Source: Eledone cirrhosa (taxonomy: Eukaryota). Taken from it: a DNA stretch of 64,000 nt. The translations under genes were made by a program, and so were the position numbers. Below, in pieces: positions 11,763 through 27,000 of the stretch. The DNA lies in NCBI GenBank assembly GCA_964016885.1, contig OZ024759.1:24242001-24306000 (forward strand), given 5' to 3'. Position 1 is the stretch's first letter. Each line of letters starts with the position of its first letter. The notes beneath the pieces were generated by a model. That model was not told the DNA's origin. It saw only the letters and a program-made list of their open reading frames with translations, and made no database searches.

Positions 11763-14700
11763 CTTCCTTTTAACGGAAAGCACCATGCTGTCTGGCTATC
11801 TCTCACCGAATCTACCTCATACTCTCTACCTCTTTTTGAGTAATCCCTTGCTTGTCTTTCAAGCAAGTTGGTCTTTACTCCTATGGACGTATAAACCTTT
11901 ACACTATCTCATAACCATTCCTATATTCGTCTTTCCAAGTCATGTGCTTTCACACTTTGAGCCCAGTTTACTTCGATATATCCCTATATATCTCTATTTT
12001 CCTTTTAACGGAAAACACCATGCTGTCTGGCTATCTCTCTCCCAATCTACCTCATACTCTCTACCTCTTTTTGAGTAATCCCTTGCTTGTCTTTCAAGCA
12101 AGTTGGTCTTTACTCCTATGGACGTATATACCTTTACACTATCTCATAACCATTCCTATATTCGTCTTTCCAAAACATGTGCTTTAACACTTTGAGCCCA
12201 GTTTACTTCGATATATCCCTATATATCTCTATTTTCCTTTTAACGGAAAACACCATGCTGTCTGGCTCTCTCTCTCCCTTATCTACCTCATGCGATCTAC
12301 CTCTTTTTGAGTAATCCCTTGCTTGTCTTTCAAGCAAGTTGGTCTTTACTCCCATGGACGTATAAACCTTTACACTATCTCATAACCATTCCTATATTCG
12401 TCTTTCCAAGTCATGTGCTTTCACACTTTGAGCCCAGTTTACTTCGATATATCCCTATATATCTCTATTTTCCTTTTAACGGAAAACACCATGCTGTCTG
12501 GCTATCTCTCTCCCAATCTACCTCATACTCTCTACCTCTTTTTGAGTAATCCCTTGCTTGTCTTTCAAGCAAGTTGGTCTTTACTCCTATGGACGTATAT
12601 ACCTTTACACTATCTCATAACCATTCCTATATTCGTCTTTCCAAAACATGTGCTTTAACACTTTGAGCCCAGTTTACTTCGATATATCCCTATATATCTC
12701 TATTTTCCTTTTAACGGAAAACACCATGCTGTCTGGCTCTCTCTCTCCCTTATCTACCTCATGCGATCTACCTCTTTTTGAGTAATCCCTTGCTTGTCTT
12801 TCAAGCAAGTTGGTCTTTACTCCCATGGACGTATAAACCTTTACACTATCTCATAACCATTCCCATATTCGTCTTTCCAAGTCATGTGCTTTAACACTTT
12901 GAGCCCGGTTTACTTCGATATATCTCTATATATCTCTATTTTCCTTTTAACGGAAAACACCATGCTGTCTGGCTATCTCTCTCCCAATCTACCTCATACT
13001 CTCTACCTCTTTTTGAGTAATCCCTTGCTTGTCTTTCAAGCAAGTTGGTCTTTACTCCTATGGACGTATAAACCTTTACACTATCTCATAACCATTCCTA
13101 TATTCGTCTTTCCAAGTCATGTGCTTTCACACTTTGAGCCCAGTTTACTTCGATATATCTCTATATATCTCTATTTTCCTTTTAACGGAAAACACCATGC
13201 TGTCTGGCTATCTCTCTCCCAATCTACCTCATACTCTCTACCTCTTTTTGAGTAATCCCTTGCTTGTCTTTCAAGCAAGTTGGTCTTTACTCCTATGGAC
13301 GTATAAACCTTTACACTATCTCATAACCATTCCTATATTCGTCTTTCCAAGTCATGTGCTTTCACACTTTGAGCCCAGTTTACTTCGATATATCTCTATA
13401 TAGCTCTATCTTCCTTTTAACGGAAAACACCATGCTGTCTGGCTATCTCTCACCCAATCTACCTCATACTCTCTACCTCTTTTTGAGTAATCCCTTGCTT
13501 GTCTTTCAAGCAAGTTGGTCTTTACTCCTATGGACGTATATACCTTTACACTATCTCATAACCATTCCTATATTCGTCTTTCCAAAACATGTGCTTTAAC
13601 ACTTTGAGCCCAGTTTACTTCGATATATCCCTATATATCTCTATTTTCCTTTTAACGGAAAACACCTTGCTGTCTGGCTATCTCTCTCCCAATCTACCTC
13701 ATACTCTCTACCTCTTTTTGAGTAACCCTTGCTTGTCTTTCAAGCAAGTTGGTCTTTACTCCTATGGACGTATAAACCTTTACACTATCTCATAACCATT
13801 CCTATATTCATCTTTCCAAGTCATGTGCTTTCACATTTTGAGCCCAGTTTACTTCGATATATCCCTATATATCTCTATTTTCCTTTTAACGGAAAACACC
13901 ATGCTGTCTGGCTATCTCTCTCCCAATCTACCTCATACTCTCTACCTCTTTTTGAGTAATCCCTTGCTTGTCTTTCAAGCAAGTTGGTCTTTACTCCTAT
14001 GGACGTATAAACCTTTACACTATCTCATAACCATTCCTATATTCGTCTTTCCAAGTCATGTGCTTTCACACTTTGAGCCCAGTTTACTTCGATATATCTC
14101 TATATATCTCTATTTTCCTTTTAACGGAAAACACCATGCTGTCTGGCTATCTCTCTCCCAATCTACATCATACTCTCTACCTCTTTTTGAGTAATCCCTT
14201 GCTTGTCTTTCAAGCAAGTTGGTCTTTACTCCTATGGACGTATAAACCTTTACACTATCTCATAACCATTCCTATATTCGTCTTTCCAAAACATGTGCTT
14301 TAACACTTTGAGCCCAGTTTACTTCGATATATCCCTATATATCTCTATTTTCCTTTTAACGGACAACACCATGCTGTCTGGCTCACTCTCTCCCTTAGCT
14401 ACCTCATGCGATCTATCTCTTTTTGAGTAATCCCTTGCTTGTCTTTCAAGCAAGTTGGTCTTTACTCCTATGGACGTATAAACCTTTACACTATCTCATA
14501 ACCATTCCTATATTCGTCTTTCCAAGTCATGTGCTTTCACACTTTGAGCCCAGTTTACTTCGATATATCTCTATATATCTCTATCTTCCTTTTAACGGAA
14601 AGCACCATGCTGTCTGGCTATCTCTCACCGAATCTACCTCATACTCTCTACCTCTTTTTGAGTAATCCCTTGCTTTTCTTTCAAGCAAGTTGGTCTTTAC

Positions 14701-15012
14701 TCCTATGGACGTATAAACCTTTACACTATCTCATAACCATTCCTATATTCGTCTTTCCAAGTCATGTGCTTTCACACTTTGAGCCCAGTTTACTTCGATA
14801 TATCCCTATATATCTCTATTTTCCTTTTAACGGAAAACACCATGCTGTCTGGCTATCTCTCTCCCAATCTACCTCATACTCTCTACCTCTTTTTGAGTAA
14901 TCCCTTGCTTGTCTTTCAAGCAAGTTGGTCTTTACTCCTATGGACGTATATACCTTTACACTATCTCATAACCATTCCTATATTCGTCTTTCCAAAACAT
15001 GTGCTTTAACAC

Positions 15013-18000
15013 TTTGAGCCCAGTTTACTTCGATATATCCCTATATATCTCTATTTTCCTTTTAACGGAAAACACCATGCTGTCTGGCTCTCTCTCTCCC
15101 TTATCTACCTCATGCGATCTACCTCTTTTTGAGTAATCCCTTGCTTGTCTTTCAAGCAAGTTGGTCTTTACTCCCATGGACGTATAAACCTTTACACTAT
15201 CTCATAACCATTCCCATATTCGTCTTTCCAAGTCATGTGCTTTAACACTTTGAGCCCGGTTTACTTCGATATATCTCTATATATCTCTATTTTCCTTTTA
15301 ACGGAAAACACCATGCTGTCTGGCTATCTCTCTCCCAATCTACCTCATACTCTCTACCTCTTTTTGAGTAATCCCTTGCTTGTCTTTCAAGCAAGTTGGT
15401 CTTTACTCCTATGGACGTATAAACCTTTACACTATCTCATAACCATTCCTATATTCGTCTTTCCAAGTCATGTGCTTTCACACTTTGAGCCCAGTTTACT
15501 TCGATATATCTCTATATATCTCTATTTTCCTTTTAACGGAAAACACCATGCTGTCTGGCTATCTCTCTCCCAATCTACCTCATACTCTCTACCTCTTTTT
15601 GAGTAATCCCTTGCTTGTCTTTCAAGCAAGTTGGTCTTTACTCCTATGGACGTATAAACCTTTACACTATCTCATAACCATTCCTATATTCGTCTTTCCA
15701 AGTCATGTGCTTTCACACTTTGAGCCCAGTTTACTTCGATATATCTCTATATATCTCTATCTTCCTTTTAACGGAAAGCACCATGCTGTCTGGCTATCTC
15801 TCACCGAATCTACCTCATACTCTCTACCTCTTTTTGAGTAATCCCTTGCTTGTCTTTCAAGCAAGTTGGTCTTTACTCCTATGGACGTATAAACCTTTAC
15901 ACTATCTCATAACCATTCCTATATTCGTCTTTCCAAGTCATGTGCTTTCACACTTTGAGACCAGTTTACTTCGATATATCCCTATATATCTCTATTTTCC
16001 TTTTAACGGAAAACACCATGCTGTCTGGCTATCTCTCTCCCAATCTACCTCATACTCTCTACCTCTTTTTGAGTAATCCCTTGCTTGTCTTTCAAGCAAG
16101 TTGGTCTTTACTCCTATGGACGTATATACCTTTACACTATCTCATAACCATTCCTATATTCGTCTTTCCAAAACATGTGCTTTAACACTTTGAGCCCAGT
16201 TTACTTCGATATATCCCTATATATCTCTATTTTCCTTTTAACGGAAAACACCTTGCTGTCTGGCTATCTCTCTCCCAATCTACCTCATACTCTCTACCTC
16301 TTTTTGAGTAACCCTTGCTTGTCTTTCAAGCAAGTTGGTCTTTACTCCTATGGACGTATAAACCTTTACACTATCTCATAACCATTCCTATATTCGTCTT
16401 TCCAAGTCATGTGCTTTCACACTTTGAGCCCAGTTTACTTCGATATATCTCTATATAGCTCTATCTTCCTTTTAACGGAAAACACCATGCTGTCTGGCTA
16501 TCTCTCACCCAATCTACCTCATACTCTCTACCTCTTTTTGAGTAATCCCTTGCTTGTCTTTCAAGCAAGTTGGTCTTTCCTCCTATCGACGTATAAACCT
16601 TTACACTATCTCATAACCATTCCTATATTCGTCTTTCCAAGTCATGTGCTTTCACACTTTGAGCCCAGTTTACTTCGATATATCTCTATATATCTCTATC
16701 TTCCTTTTAACGGAAAACACCATGCTGTCTGGCTATCTCTCTCCCAATCTACCTCATACTCTCTAGCACTTTTTTAGTAATCCCTTGCTTGTCTTTCAAG
16801 CAAGTTGGTCTTTACTCCTATGGACGTATAAACCTTTACACTATCTCATAACCATTCCTATATTCATCTTTCCAAGTCATGTGCTTTCACATTTTGAGCC
16901 CAGTTTACTTCGATATATCCCTATATATCTCTATTTTCCTTTTAACGGAAAACACCTTGCTGTCTGGCTATCTCTCTCCCAATCTACCTCATACTCTCTA
17001 TCTCTTTTTGAGTAATCCCTTGCTTGTCTTTCAAGCAAGTTGGTCTTTACTCCTATGGACGTATAAACCTTTACACTATCTCATAACCATTCCTATATTC
17101 GTCTTTCCAAGTCATGTGCTTTCACACTTTGAGCCCAGTTTACTTCGATATATCTCTATATATCTCTATTTTCCTTTTAACGGAAAACACCATGCTGTCT
17201 GGCTATCTCTCACCCAATCTACCTCATACTCTCTACCTCTTTTTGAGTAATCCCTTGCTTGTCTTTCAAGCAAGTTGGTCTTTCCTCCTATCGACGTATA
17301 AACCTTTACACTATCTCATAACCATTCCTATATTCGTCTTTCCAAGTCATGTGCTTTCACACTTTGAGCCCAGTTTACTTCGATATATCTCTATATATCT
17401 CTATCTTCCTTTTAACGGAAAACACCATGCTGTCTGGCTATCTCTCTCCCAATCTACCTCATACTCTCTAGCACTTTTTTAGTAATCCCTTGCTTGTCTT
17501 TCAAGCAAGTTGGTCTTTACTCCTATGGACGTATAAACCTTTACACTATCTCATAACCATTCCTATATTCATCTTTCCAAGTCATGTGCTTTCACATTTT
17601 GAGCCCAGTTTACTTCGATATATCCCTATATATCTCTATTTTCCTTTTAACGGAAAACACCTTGCTGTCTGGCTATCTCTCTCCCAATCTACCTCATACT
17701 CTCTATCTCTTTTTGAGTAATCCCTTGCTTGTCTTTCAAGCAAGTTGGTCTTTACTCCTATGGACGTATAAACCTTTACACTATCTCATAACCATTCCTA
17801 TATTCGTCTTTCCAAGTCATGTGCTTTCACACTTTGAGCCCAGTTTACTTCGATATATCTCTATATATCTCTATTTTCCTTTTAACGGAAAACACCATGC
17901 TGTCTGGCTATCTCTCTCCCAATCTACCTCATACTCTCTACCTCTTTTTGAGTAATCCCTTGCTTGTCTTTCAAGCAAGTTGGTCTTTACTCCTATGGAC

Positions 18001-21000
18001 GTATAAACCTTTACACTATCTCATAACCATTCCTATATTCGTCTTTCCAAAACATGTGCTTTAACACTTTGAGCCCAGTTTACTTCGATATATCCCTATA
18101 TATCTCTATTTTCCTTTTAACGGAAAACACCATGCTGTCTGGCTCACTCTCTCCCTTAGCTACCTCATGCGATCTACCTCTTTTTGAGTAATCCCTTGCT
18201 TGTCTTTCAAGCAAGTTGGTCTTTACTCCTATGGACGTATGAACCTTTACACTATCTCATAACCATTCCTATATTCGTCTTTCCAAAACATGTGCTTTAA
18301 CACTTTGAGCCCAGTTTACTTCGATATATCCCTATATATCTCTATTTTCCTTTTAACGGAAAACACCATGCTGTCTGGCTCTCTCTCTCCCTTATCTACC
18401 TCATGCGATCTACCTCTTTTTGAGTAATCCCTTGCTTGTCTTTCAAGCAAGTTGGTCTTTACTCCCATGGACGTATAAACCTTTACACTATCTCATAACC
18501 ATTCCCATATTCGTCTTTCCAAGACATGTGCTTTAACACTTTGAACCCGGTTTACTTCGATATATCTCTATATATCTCTATTTTCCTTTTAACGGAAAAC
18601 ACCATGCTGTCTGGCTATCTCTCTCCCAATCTACCTCATACTCTCTACCTCTTTTTGAGTAATCCCTTGCTTGTCTTTCAAGCAAGTTGGTCTTTACTCC
18701 TATGGACGTATAAACCTTTACACTATCTCATAACCATTCCTATATTCGTCTTTCCAAGTCATGTGCTTTCACACTTTGAGCCCAGTTTACTTCGATATAT
18801 CTCTATATATCTCTATTTTCCTTTTAACGGAAAACACCATGCTGTCTGGCTATCTCTCTCCCAATCTACCTCATACTCTCTACCTCTTTTTGAGTAATCC
18901 CTTGCTTGTCTTTCAAGCAAGTTGGTCTTTACTCCTATGGACGTATAAACCTTTACACTATCTCATAACCATTCCTATATTCGTCTTTCCAAGTCATGTG
19001 CTTTCACACTTTGAGCCCAGTTTACTTCGATATATCTCTATATAGCTCTATCTTCCTTTTAACGGAAAACACCATGCTGTCTGGCTATCTCTCACCCAAT
19101 CTATCTCATACTCTCTACCTCTTTTTGAGTAATCCCTTGCTTGTCTTTCAAGCAAGTTGGTCTTTACTCCTATGGACGTATAAACCTTTACACTATCTCA
19201 TAACCATTCCTATATTCGTCTTTCCAAGTCATGTGCTTTCACACTTTGAGCCCAGTTTACTTCGATATATCTCTATATATCTCTATTTTCCTTTTAACGG
19301 AAAACACCATGCTGTCTGGCTATCTCTCTCCCAATCAACCTCATACTCTCTACCTCTTTTTGAGTAATCCCTTGCTTGTCTTTCAAGCAAGTTGGTCTTT
19401 ACTCCTATGGACGTATAAACCTTTACACTATCTCATAACCATTCCTATATTCGTCTTTCCAAGTCATGTGCTTTCACACTTTGAGCCCAGTTTACTTCGA
19501 TATATCTCTATATATCTCTATTTTCCTTTTAACGGAAAACACCATGCTGTCTGGCTATCTCTCTCCCAATCAACCTCATACTCTCTACCTCTTTTTGAGT
19601 AATCCCTTGCTTGTCTTTCAAGCAAGTTGGTCTTTACTCCTATGGACGTATAAACCTTTACACTATCTCATAACCATTCCTATATTCGTCTTTCCAAGTC
19701 ATGTGCTTTCACACTTTGAGCCCAGTTTACTTCGATATATCTCTATATATCTCTATTTTCCTTTTAACGGAAAACACCATGCTGTCTGGCTATCTCTCTC
19801 CCAATCTACCTCATACTCTCTACCTCTTTTTGAGTAATCCCTTGCTTGTCTTTCAAGCAAGTTGGTCTTTACTCCTATGGACGTATAAACCTTTACACTA
19901 TCTCATAACCATTCCTATATTCGTCTTTCCAAGTCATGTGCTTTCACACTTTGAGCCCAGTTTACTTCGATATATCTCTATATAGCTCTATCTTCCTTTT
20001 AACGGAAAACACCATGCTGTCTGGCTATCTCTCACCCAATCTACCTCATACTCTCTACCTCTTTTTGAGTAATCCCTTGCTTGTCTTTCAAGCAAGTTGG
20101 TCTTTACTCCTATGGACGTATAAGCCTTTACACTATCTCATAACCATTCCTATATTCGTCTTTGCAAGTCATGTGCATTAACACTTTGAGCCCAGTTTAC
20201 TTCGATATATCTCTATATATCTCTATTTTCCTTTTAACGGAAACCACCATGCTGTCTGGCTATCTCTCTCCCAATCTACCTCATACTCTCTACCTCTTTT
20301 TGAGTAATCCCTTGCTTGTCTTTCAAGCAAGTTGGTCTTTACTCCTATGGACGTATAAACCTTTACACTATCTCATAACCATTCCTATATTCGTCTTTCC
20401 AAGTCATGTGCTTTCACACTTTGAGCCCAGTTTACTTCGATATGTCTCTATATATCTCTATTTTCCTTTTAACGGAAAACACCATGCTGTCTGGCTATCT
20501 CATTCCCAAGCTACCTCATACTCTCTACCTCTTTCTGAGTAATCCCTTGCTTGTCTTTCAAGCAAGTTGGTCTTTACTCCTATCGACGTATAAACCTTTA
20601 CACTATCTCATAACCATTCCTATATTCGTCTTTCCAAGTCATGTGCTTTCACACTTTGAGCCCAGTTTACTTCGATATATCTCTATATATCTCTATCTTC
20701 CTTTTAACGGAAAACACCATGCTGTCTGGCTATCTCTCACCCAATCTACCTCATACTCTCTACCTCTTTTTGAGTAATCCCTTGCTTGTCTTTCAAGCAA
20801 GTTGGTCTTTACTCCCATGGACGTATAAGCCTTTACACTATCTCATAACCATTCCTATATTCGTCTTTGCAAGTCATGTGAATTAACACTTTGAGCCCAG
20901 TTTACTTCGATATATCTCTATATATCTCTATTTTCCTTTTAACGGAAACCACCATGCTGTCTGGCTATCTCTCTCCCAATCTACCTCATACTCTCTAGCA

Positions 21001-24000
21001 CTTTTTTAGTAATCCCTTGCTTGTCTTTCAAGCAAGTTGGTCTTTACTCCTATGGACGTATAAACCTTTACACTATATCATAACCATTCCTATATTCGTC
21101 TTTCCAAGTCATGTGCTTTCACACTTTGAGCCCAGTTTACTTCGATATATCTCTATATATCTCTATCTTCCTTTTAGCGGAAAAGACCATGCTGTCTGGC
21201 TATCTCTCTCCCAATCTACCTCATACTCTCTAGCACTTTTTTAGTAATCCCTTGCTTGTCTTTCAAGCAAGTTGGTCTTTACTCCTATAGACGTATAAAC
21301 CTTTACACTATCTCATAACCATTCCTATATTCGTCTTTCCAAGTCATGTGCTTTCACACTTTGAGCCCAGTTTACTTCGATATATCACTATATATCTCTA
21401 TTTTCCTTTTAACGGAAAACACCTTGCTGTCTGTTTATCTCTCTCCCAATCTACCTCATACTCTCTACCTCTTTTTGAGTAACCCTTGCTTGTCTTTCAA
21501 GCAAGTTGGTCTTTACTCCTATGGACGTATAAACCTTTACACTTTATCATAACCATTCCTATATTCATCTTTCCAAGTTATGTGCTTTAACATTTTGAGC
21601 CCAGTTTACTTCGATATATCCCTATATATCTCTATTTTCCTTTTAACGGAAAACACCATGCTGTCTGGCTCTCTCTCTCCCTTATCTACCTCATGCGATC
21701 TACCTCTTTTTGAGTAATCCCTTGCTTGTCTTTCAAGCAAGTTGGTCTTTACTCCCATGGACGTATAAACCTTTACACTATCTCATAACCATTCCCATAT
21801 TCGTCTTTCCAAGTCATGTGCTTTAACACTTTGAGCCCGGTTTACTTCGATATATCTCTATATATCTCTATTTTCCTTTTAACGGAAAACACCATGCTGT
21901 CTGGCTATCTCTCTCCCAATCTACCTCATACTCTCTACCTCTTTTTGAGTAATCCCTTGCTTGTCTTTCAAGCAAGTTGGTCTTTACTCCTATGGACGTA
22001 TAAACCTTTACACTATCTCATAACCATTCCTATATTCGTCTTTCCAAGTCATGTGCTTTCACACTTTGAGCCCAGTTTACTTCGATATATCTCTATATAT
22101 CTCTATTTTCCTTTTAACGGAAAACACCATGCTGTCTGGCTATCTCTCTCCCAATCTACCTCATACTCTCTACCTCTTTTTGAGTAATCCCTTGCTTGTC
22201 TTTCAAGCAAGTTGGTCTTTACTCCTATGGACGTATAAACCTTTACACTATCTCATAACCATTCCTATATTCGTCTTTCCAAGTCATGTGCTTTCACACT
22301 TTGAGCCCAGTTTACTTCGATATATCTCTATATATCTCTATCTTCCTTTTAACGGAAAGCACCATGCTGTCTGGCTATCTCTCACCGAATCTACCTCATA
22401 CTCTCTACCTCTTTTTGAGTAATCCCTTGCTTGTCTTTCAAGCAAGTTGGTCTTTACTCCTATGGACGTATAAACCTTTACACTATCTCATAACCATTCC
22501 TATATTCGTCTTTCCAAGTCATGTGCTTTCACACTTTGAGACCAGTTTACTTCGATATATCCCTATATATCTCTATTTTCCTTTTAACGGAAAACACCAT
22601 GCTGTCTGGCTATCTCTCTCCCAATCTACCTCATACTCTCTACCTCTTTTTGAGTAATCCCTTGCTTGTCTTTCAAGCAAGTTGGTCTTTACTCCTATGG
22701 ACGTATATACCTTTACACTATCTCATAACCATTCCTATATTCGTCTTTCCAAAACATGTGCTTTAACACTTTGAGCCCAGTTTACTTCGATATATCCCTA
22801 TATATCTCTATTTTCCTTTTAACGGAAAACACCTTGCTGTCTGGCTATCTCTCTCCCAATCTACCTCATACTCTCTACCTCTTTTTGAGTAACCCTTGCT
22901 TGTCTTTCAAGCAAGTTGGTCTTTACTCCTATGGACGTATAAACCTTTACACTATCTCATAACCATTCCTATATTCGTCTTTCCAAGTCATGTGCTTTCA
23001 CACTTTGAGCCCAGTTTACTTCGATATATCTCTATATAGCTCTATCTTCCTTTTAACGGAAAACACCATGCTGTCTGGCTATCTCTCACCCAATCTACCT
23101 CATACTCTCTACCTCTTTTTGAGTAATCCCTTGCTTGTCTTTCAAGCAAGTTGGTCTTTCCTCCTATCGACGTATAAACCTTTACACTATCTCATAACCA
23201 TTCCTATATTCGTCTTTCCAAGTCATGTGCTTTCACACTTTGAGCCCAGTTTACTTCGATATATCTCTATATATCTCTATCTTCCTTTTAACGGAAAACA
23301 CCATGCTGTCTGGCTATCTCTCTCCCAATCTACCTCATACTCTCTAGCACTTTTTTAGTAATCCCTTGCTTGTCTTTCAAGCAAGTTGGTCTTTACTCCT
23401 ATGGACGTATAAACCTTTACACTATCTCATAACCATTCCTATATTCATCTTTCCAAGTCATGTGCTTTCACATTTTGAGCCCAGTTTACTTCGATATATC
23501 CCTATATATCTCTATTTTCCTTTTAACGGAAAACACCTTGCTGTCTGGCTATCTCTCTCCCAATCTACCTCATACTCTCTATCTCTTTTTGAGTAATCCC
23601 TTGCTTGTCTTTCAAGCAAGTTGGTCTTTACTCCTATGGACGTATAAACCTTTACACTATCTCATAACCATTCCTATATTCGTCTTTCCAAGTCATGTGC
23701 TTTCACACTTTGAGCCCAGTTTACTTCGATATATCTCTATATATCTCTATTTTCCTTTTAACGGAAAACACCATGCTGTCTGGCTATCTCTCACCCAATC
23801 TACCTCATACTCTCTACCTCTTTTTGAGTAATCCCTTGCTTGTCTTTCAAGCAAGTTGGTCTTTCCTCCTATCGACGTATAAACCTTTACACTATCTCAT
23901 AACCATTCCTATATTCGTCTTTCCAAGTCATGTGCTTTCACACTTTGAGCCCAGTTTACTTCGATATATCTCTATATATCTCTATCTTCCTTTTAACGGA

Positions 24001-27000
24001 AAACACCATGCTGTCTGGCTATCTCTCTCCCAATCTACCTCATACTCTCTAGCACTTTTTTAGTAATCCCTTGCTTGTCTTTCAAGCAAGTTGGTCTTTA
24101 CTCCTATGGACGTATAAACCTTTACACTATCTCATAACCATTCCTATATTCATCTTTCCAAGTCATGTGCTTTCACATTTTGAGCCCAGTTTACTTCGAT
24201 ATATCCCTATATATCTCTATTTTCCTTTTAACGGAAAACACCTTGCTGTCTGGCTATCTCTCTCCCAATCTACCTCATACTCTCTATCTCTTTTTGAGTA
24301 ATCCCTTGCTTGTCTTTCAAGCAAGTTGGTCTTTACTCCTATGGACGTATAAACCTTTACACTATCTCATAACCATTCCTATATTCGTCTTTCCAAGTCA
24401 TGTGCTTTCACACTTTGAGCCCAGTTTACTTCGATATATCTCTATATATCTCTATTTTCCTTTTAACGGAAAACACCATGCTGTCTGGCTATCTCTCTCC
24501 CAATCTACCTCATACTCTCTACCTCTTTTTGAGTAATCCCTTGCTTGTCTTTCAAGCAAGTTGGTCTTTACTCCTATGGACGTATAAACCTTTACACTAT
24601 CTCATAACCATTCCTATATTCGTCTTTCCAAAACATGTGCTTTAACACTTTGAGCCCAGTTTACTTCGATATATCCCTATATATCTCTATTTTCCTTTTA
24701 ACGGAAAACACCATGCTGTCTGGCTCACTCTCTCCCTTAGCTACCTCATGCGATCTACCTCTTTTTGAGTAATCCCTTGCTTGTCTTTCAAGCAAGTTGG
24801 TCTTTACTCCTATGGACGTATGAACCTTTACACTATCTCATAACCATTCCTATATTCGTCTTTCCAAAACATGTGCTTTAACACTTTGAGCCCAGTTTAC
24901 TTCGATATATCCCTATATATCTCTATTTTCCTTTTAACGGAAAACACCATGCTGTCTGGCTCTCTCTCTCCCTTATCTACCTCATGCGATCTACCTCTTT
25001 TTGAGTAATCCCTTGCTTGTCTTTCAAGCAAGTTGGTCTTTACTCCCATGGACGTATAAACCTTTACACTATCTCATAACCATTCCCATATTCGTCTTTC
25101 CAAGACATGTGCTTTAACACTTTGAACCCGGTTTACTTCGATATATCTCTATATATCTCTATTTTCCTTTTAACGGAAAACACCATGCTGTCTGGCTATC
25201 TCTCTCCCAATCTACCTCATACTCTCTACCTCTTTTTGAGTAATCCCTTGCTTGTCTTTCAAGCAAGTTGGTCTTTACTCCTATGGACGTATAAACCTTT
25301 ACACTATCTCATAACCATTCCTATATTCGTCTTTCCAAGTCATGTGCTTTCACACTTTGAGCCCAGTTTACTTCGATATATCTCTATATATCTCTATTTT
25401 CCTTTTAACGGAAAACACCATGCTGTCTGGCTATCTCTCTCCCAATCTACCTCATACTCTCTACCTCTTTTTGAGTAATCCCTTGCTTGTCTTTCAAGCA
25501 AGTTGGTCTTTACTCCTATGGACGTATAAACCTTTACACTATCTCATAACCATTCCTATATTCGTCTTTCCAAGTCATGTGCTTTCACACTTTGAGCCCA
25601 GTTTACTTCGATATATCTCTATATAGCTCTATCTTCCTTTTAACGGAAAACACCATGCTGTCTGGCTATCTCTCACCCAATCTATCTCATACTCTCTACC
25701 TCTTTTTGAGTAATCCCTTGCTTGTCTTTCAAGCAAGTTGGTCTTTACTCCTATGGACGTATAAACCTTTACACTATCTCATAACCATTCCTATATTCGT
25801 CTTTCCAAGTCATGTGCTTTCACACTTTGAGCCCAGTTTACTTCGATATATCTCTATATATCTCTATTTTCCTTTTAACGGAAAACACCATGCTGTCTGG
25901 CTATCTCTCTCCCAATCAACCTCATACTCTCTACCTCTTTTTGAGTAATCCCTTGCTTGTCTTTCAAGCAAGTTGGTCTTTACTCCTATGGACGTATAAA
26001 CCTTTACACTATCTCATAACCATTCCTATATTCGTCTTTCCAAGTCATGTGCTTTCACACTTTGAGCCCAGTTTACTTCGATATATCTCTATATATCTCT
26101 ATTTTCCTTTTAACGGAAAACACCATGCTGTCTGGCTATCTCTCTCCCAATCAACCTCATACTCTCTACCTCTTTTTGAGTAATCCCTTGCTTGTCTTTC
26201 AAGCAAGTTGGTCTTTACTCCTATGGACGTATAAACCTTTACACTATCTCATAACCATTCCTATATTCGTCTTTCCAAGTCATGTGCTTTCACACTTTGA
26301 GCCCAGTTTACTTCGATATATCTCTATATATCTCTATTTTCCTTTTAACGGAAAACACCATGCTGTCTGGCTATCTCTCTCCCAATCTACCTCATACTCT
26401 CTACCTCTTTTTGAGTAATCCCTTGCTTGTCTTTCAAGCAAGTTGGTCTTTACTCCTATGGACGTATAAACCTTTACACTATCTCATAACCATTCCTATA
26501 TTCGTCTTTCCAAGTCATGTGCTTTCACACTTTGAGCCCAGTTTACTTCGATATATCTCTATATAGCTCTATCTTCCTTTTAACGGAAAACACCATGCTG
26601 TCTGGCTATCTCTCACCCAATCTACCTCATACTCTCTACCTCTTTTTGAGTAATCCCTTGCTTGTCTTTCAAGCAAGTTGGTCTTTACTCCTATGGACGT
26701 ATAAGCCTTTACACTATCTCATAACCATTCCTATATTCGTCTTTGCAAGTCATGTGCATTAACACTTTGAGCCCAGTTTACTTCGATATATCTCTATATA
26801 TCTCTATTTTCCTTTTAACGGAAACCACCATGCTGTCTGGCTATCTCTCTCCCAATCTACCTCATACTCTCTACCTCTTTTTGAGTAATCCCTTGCTTGT
26901 CTTTCAAGCAAGTTGGTCTTTACTCCTATGGACGTATAAACCTTTACACTATCTCATAACCATTCCTATATTCGTCTTTCCAAGTCATGTGCTTTCACAC

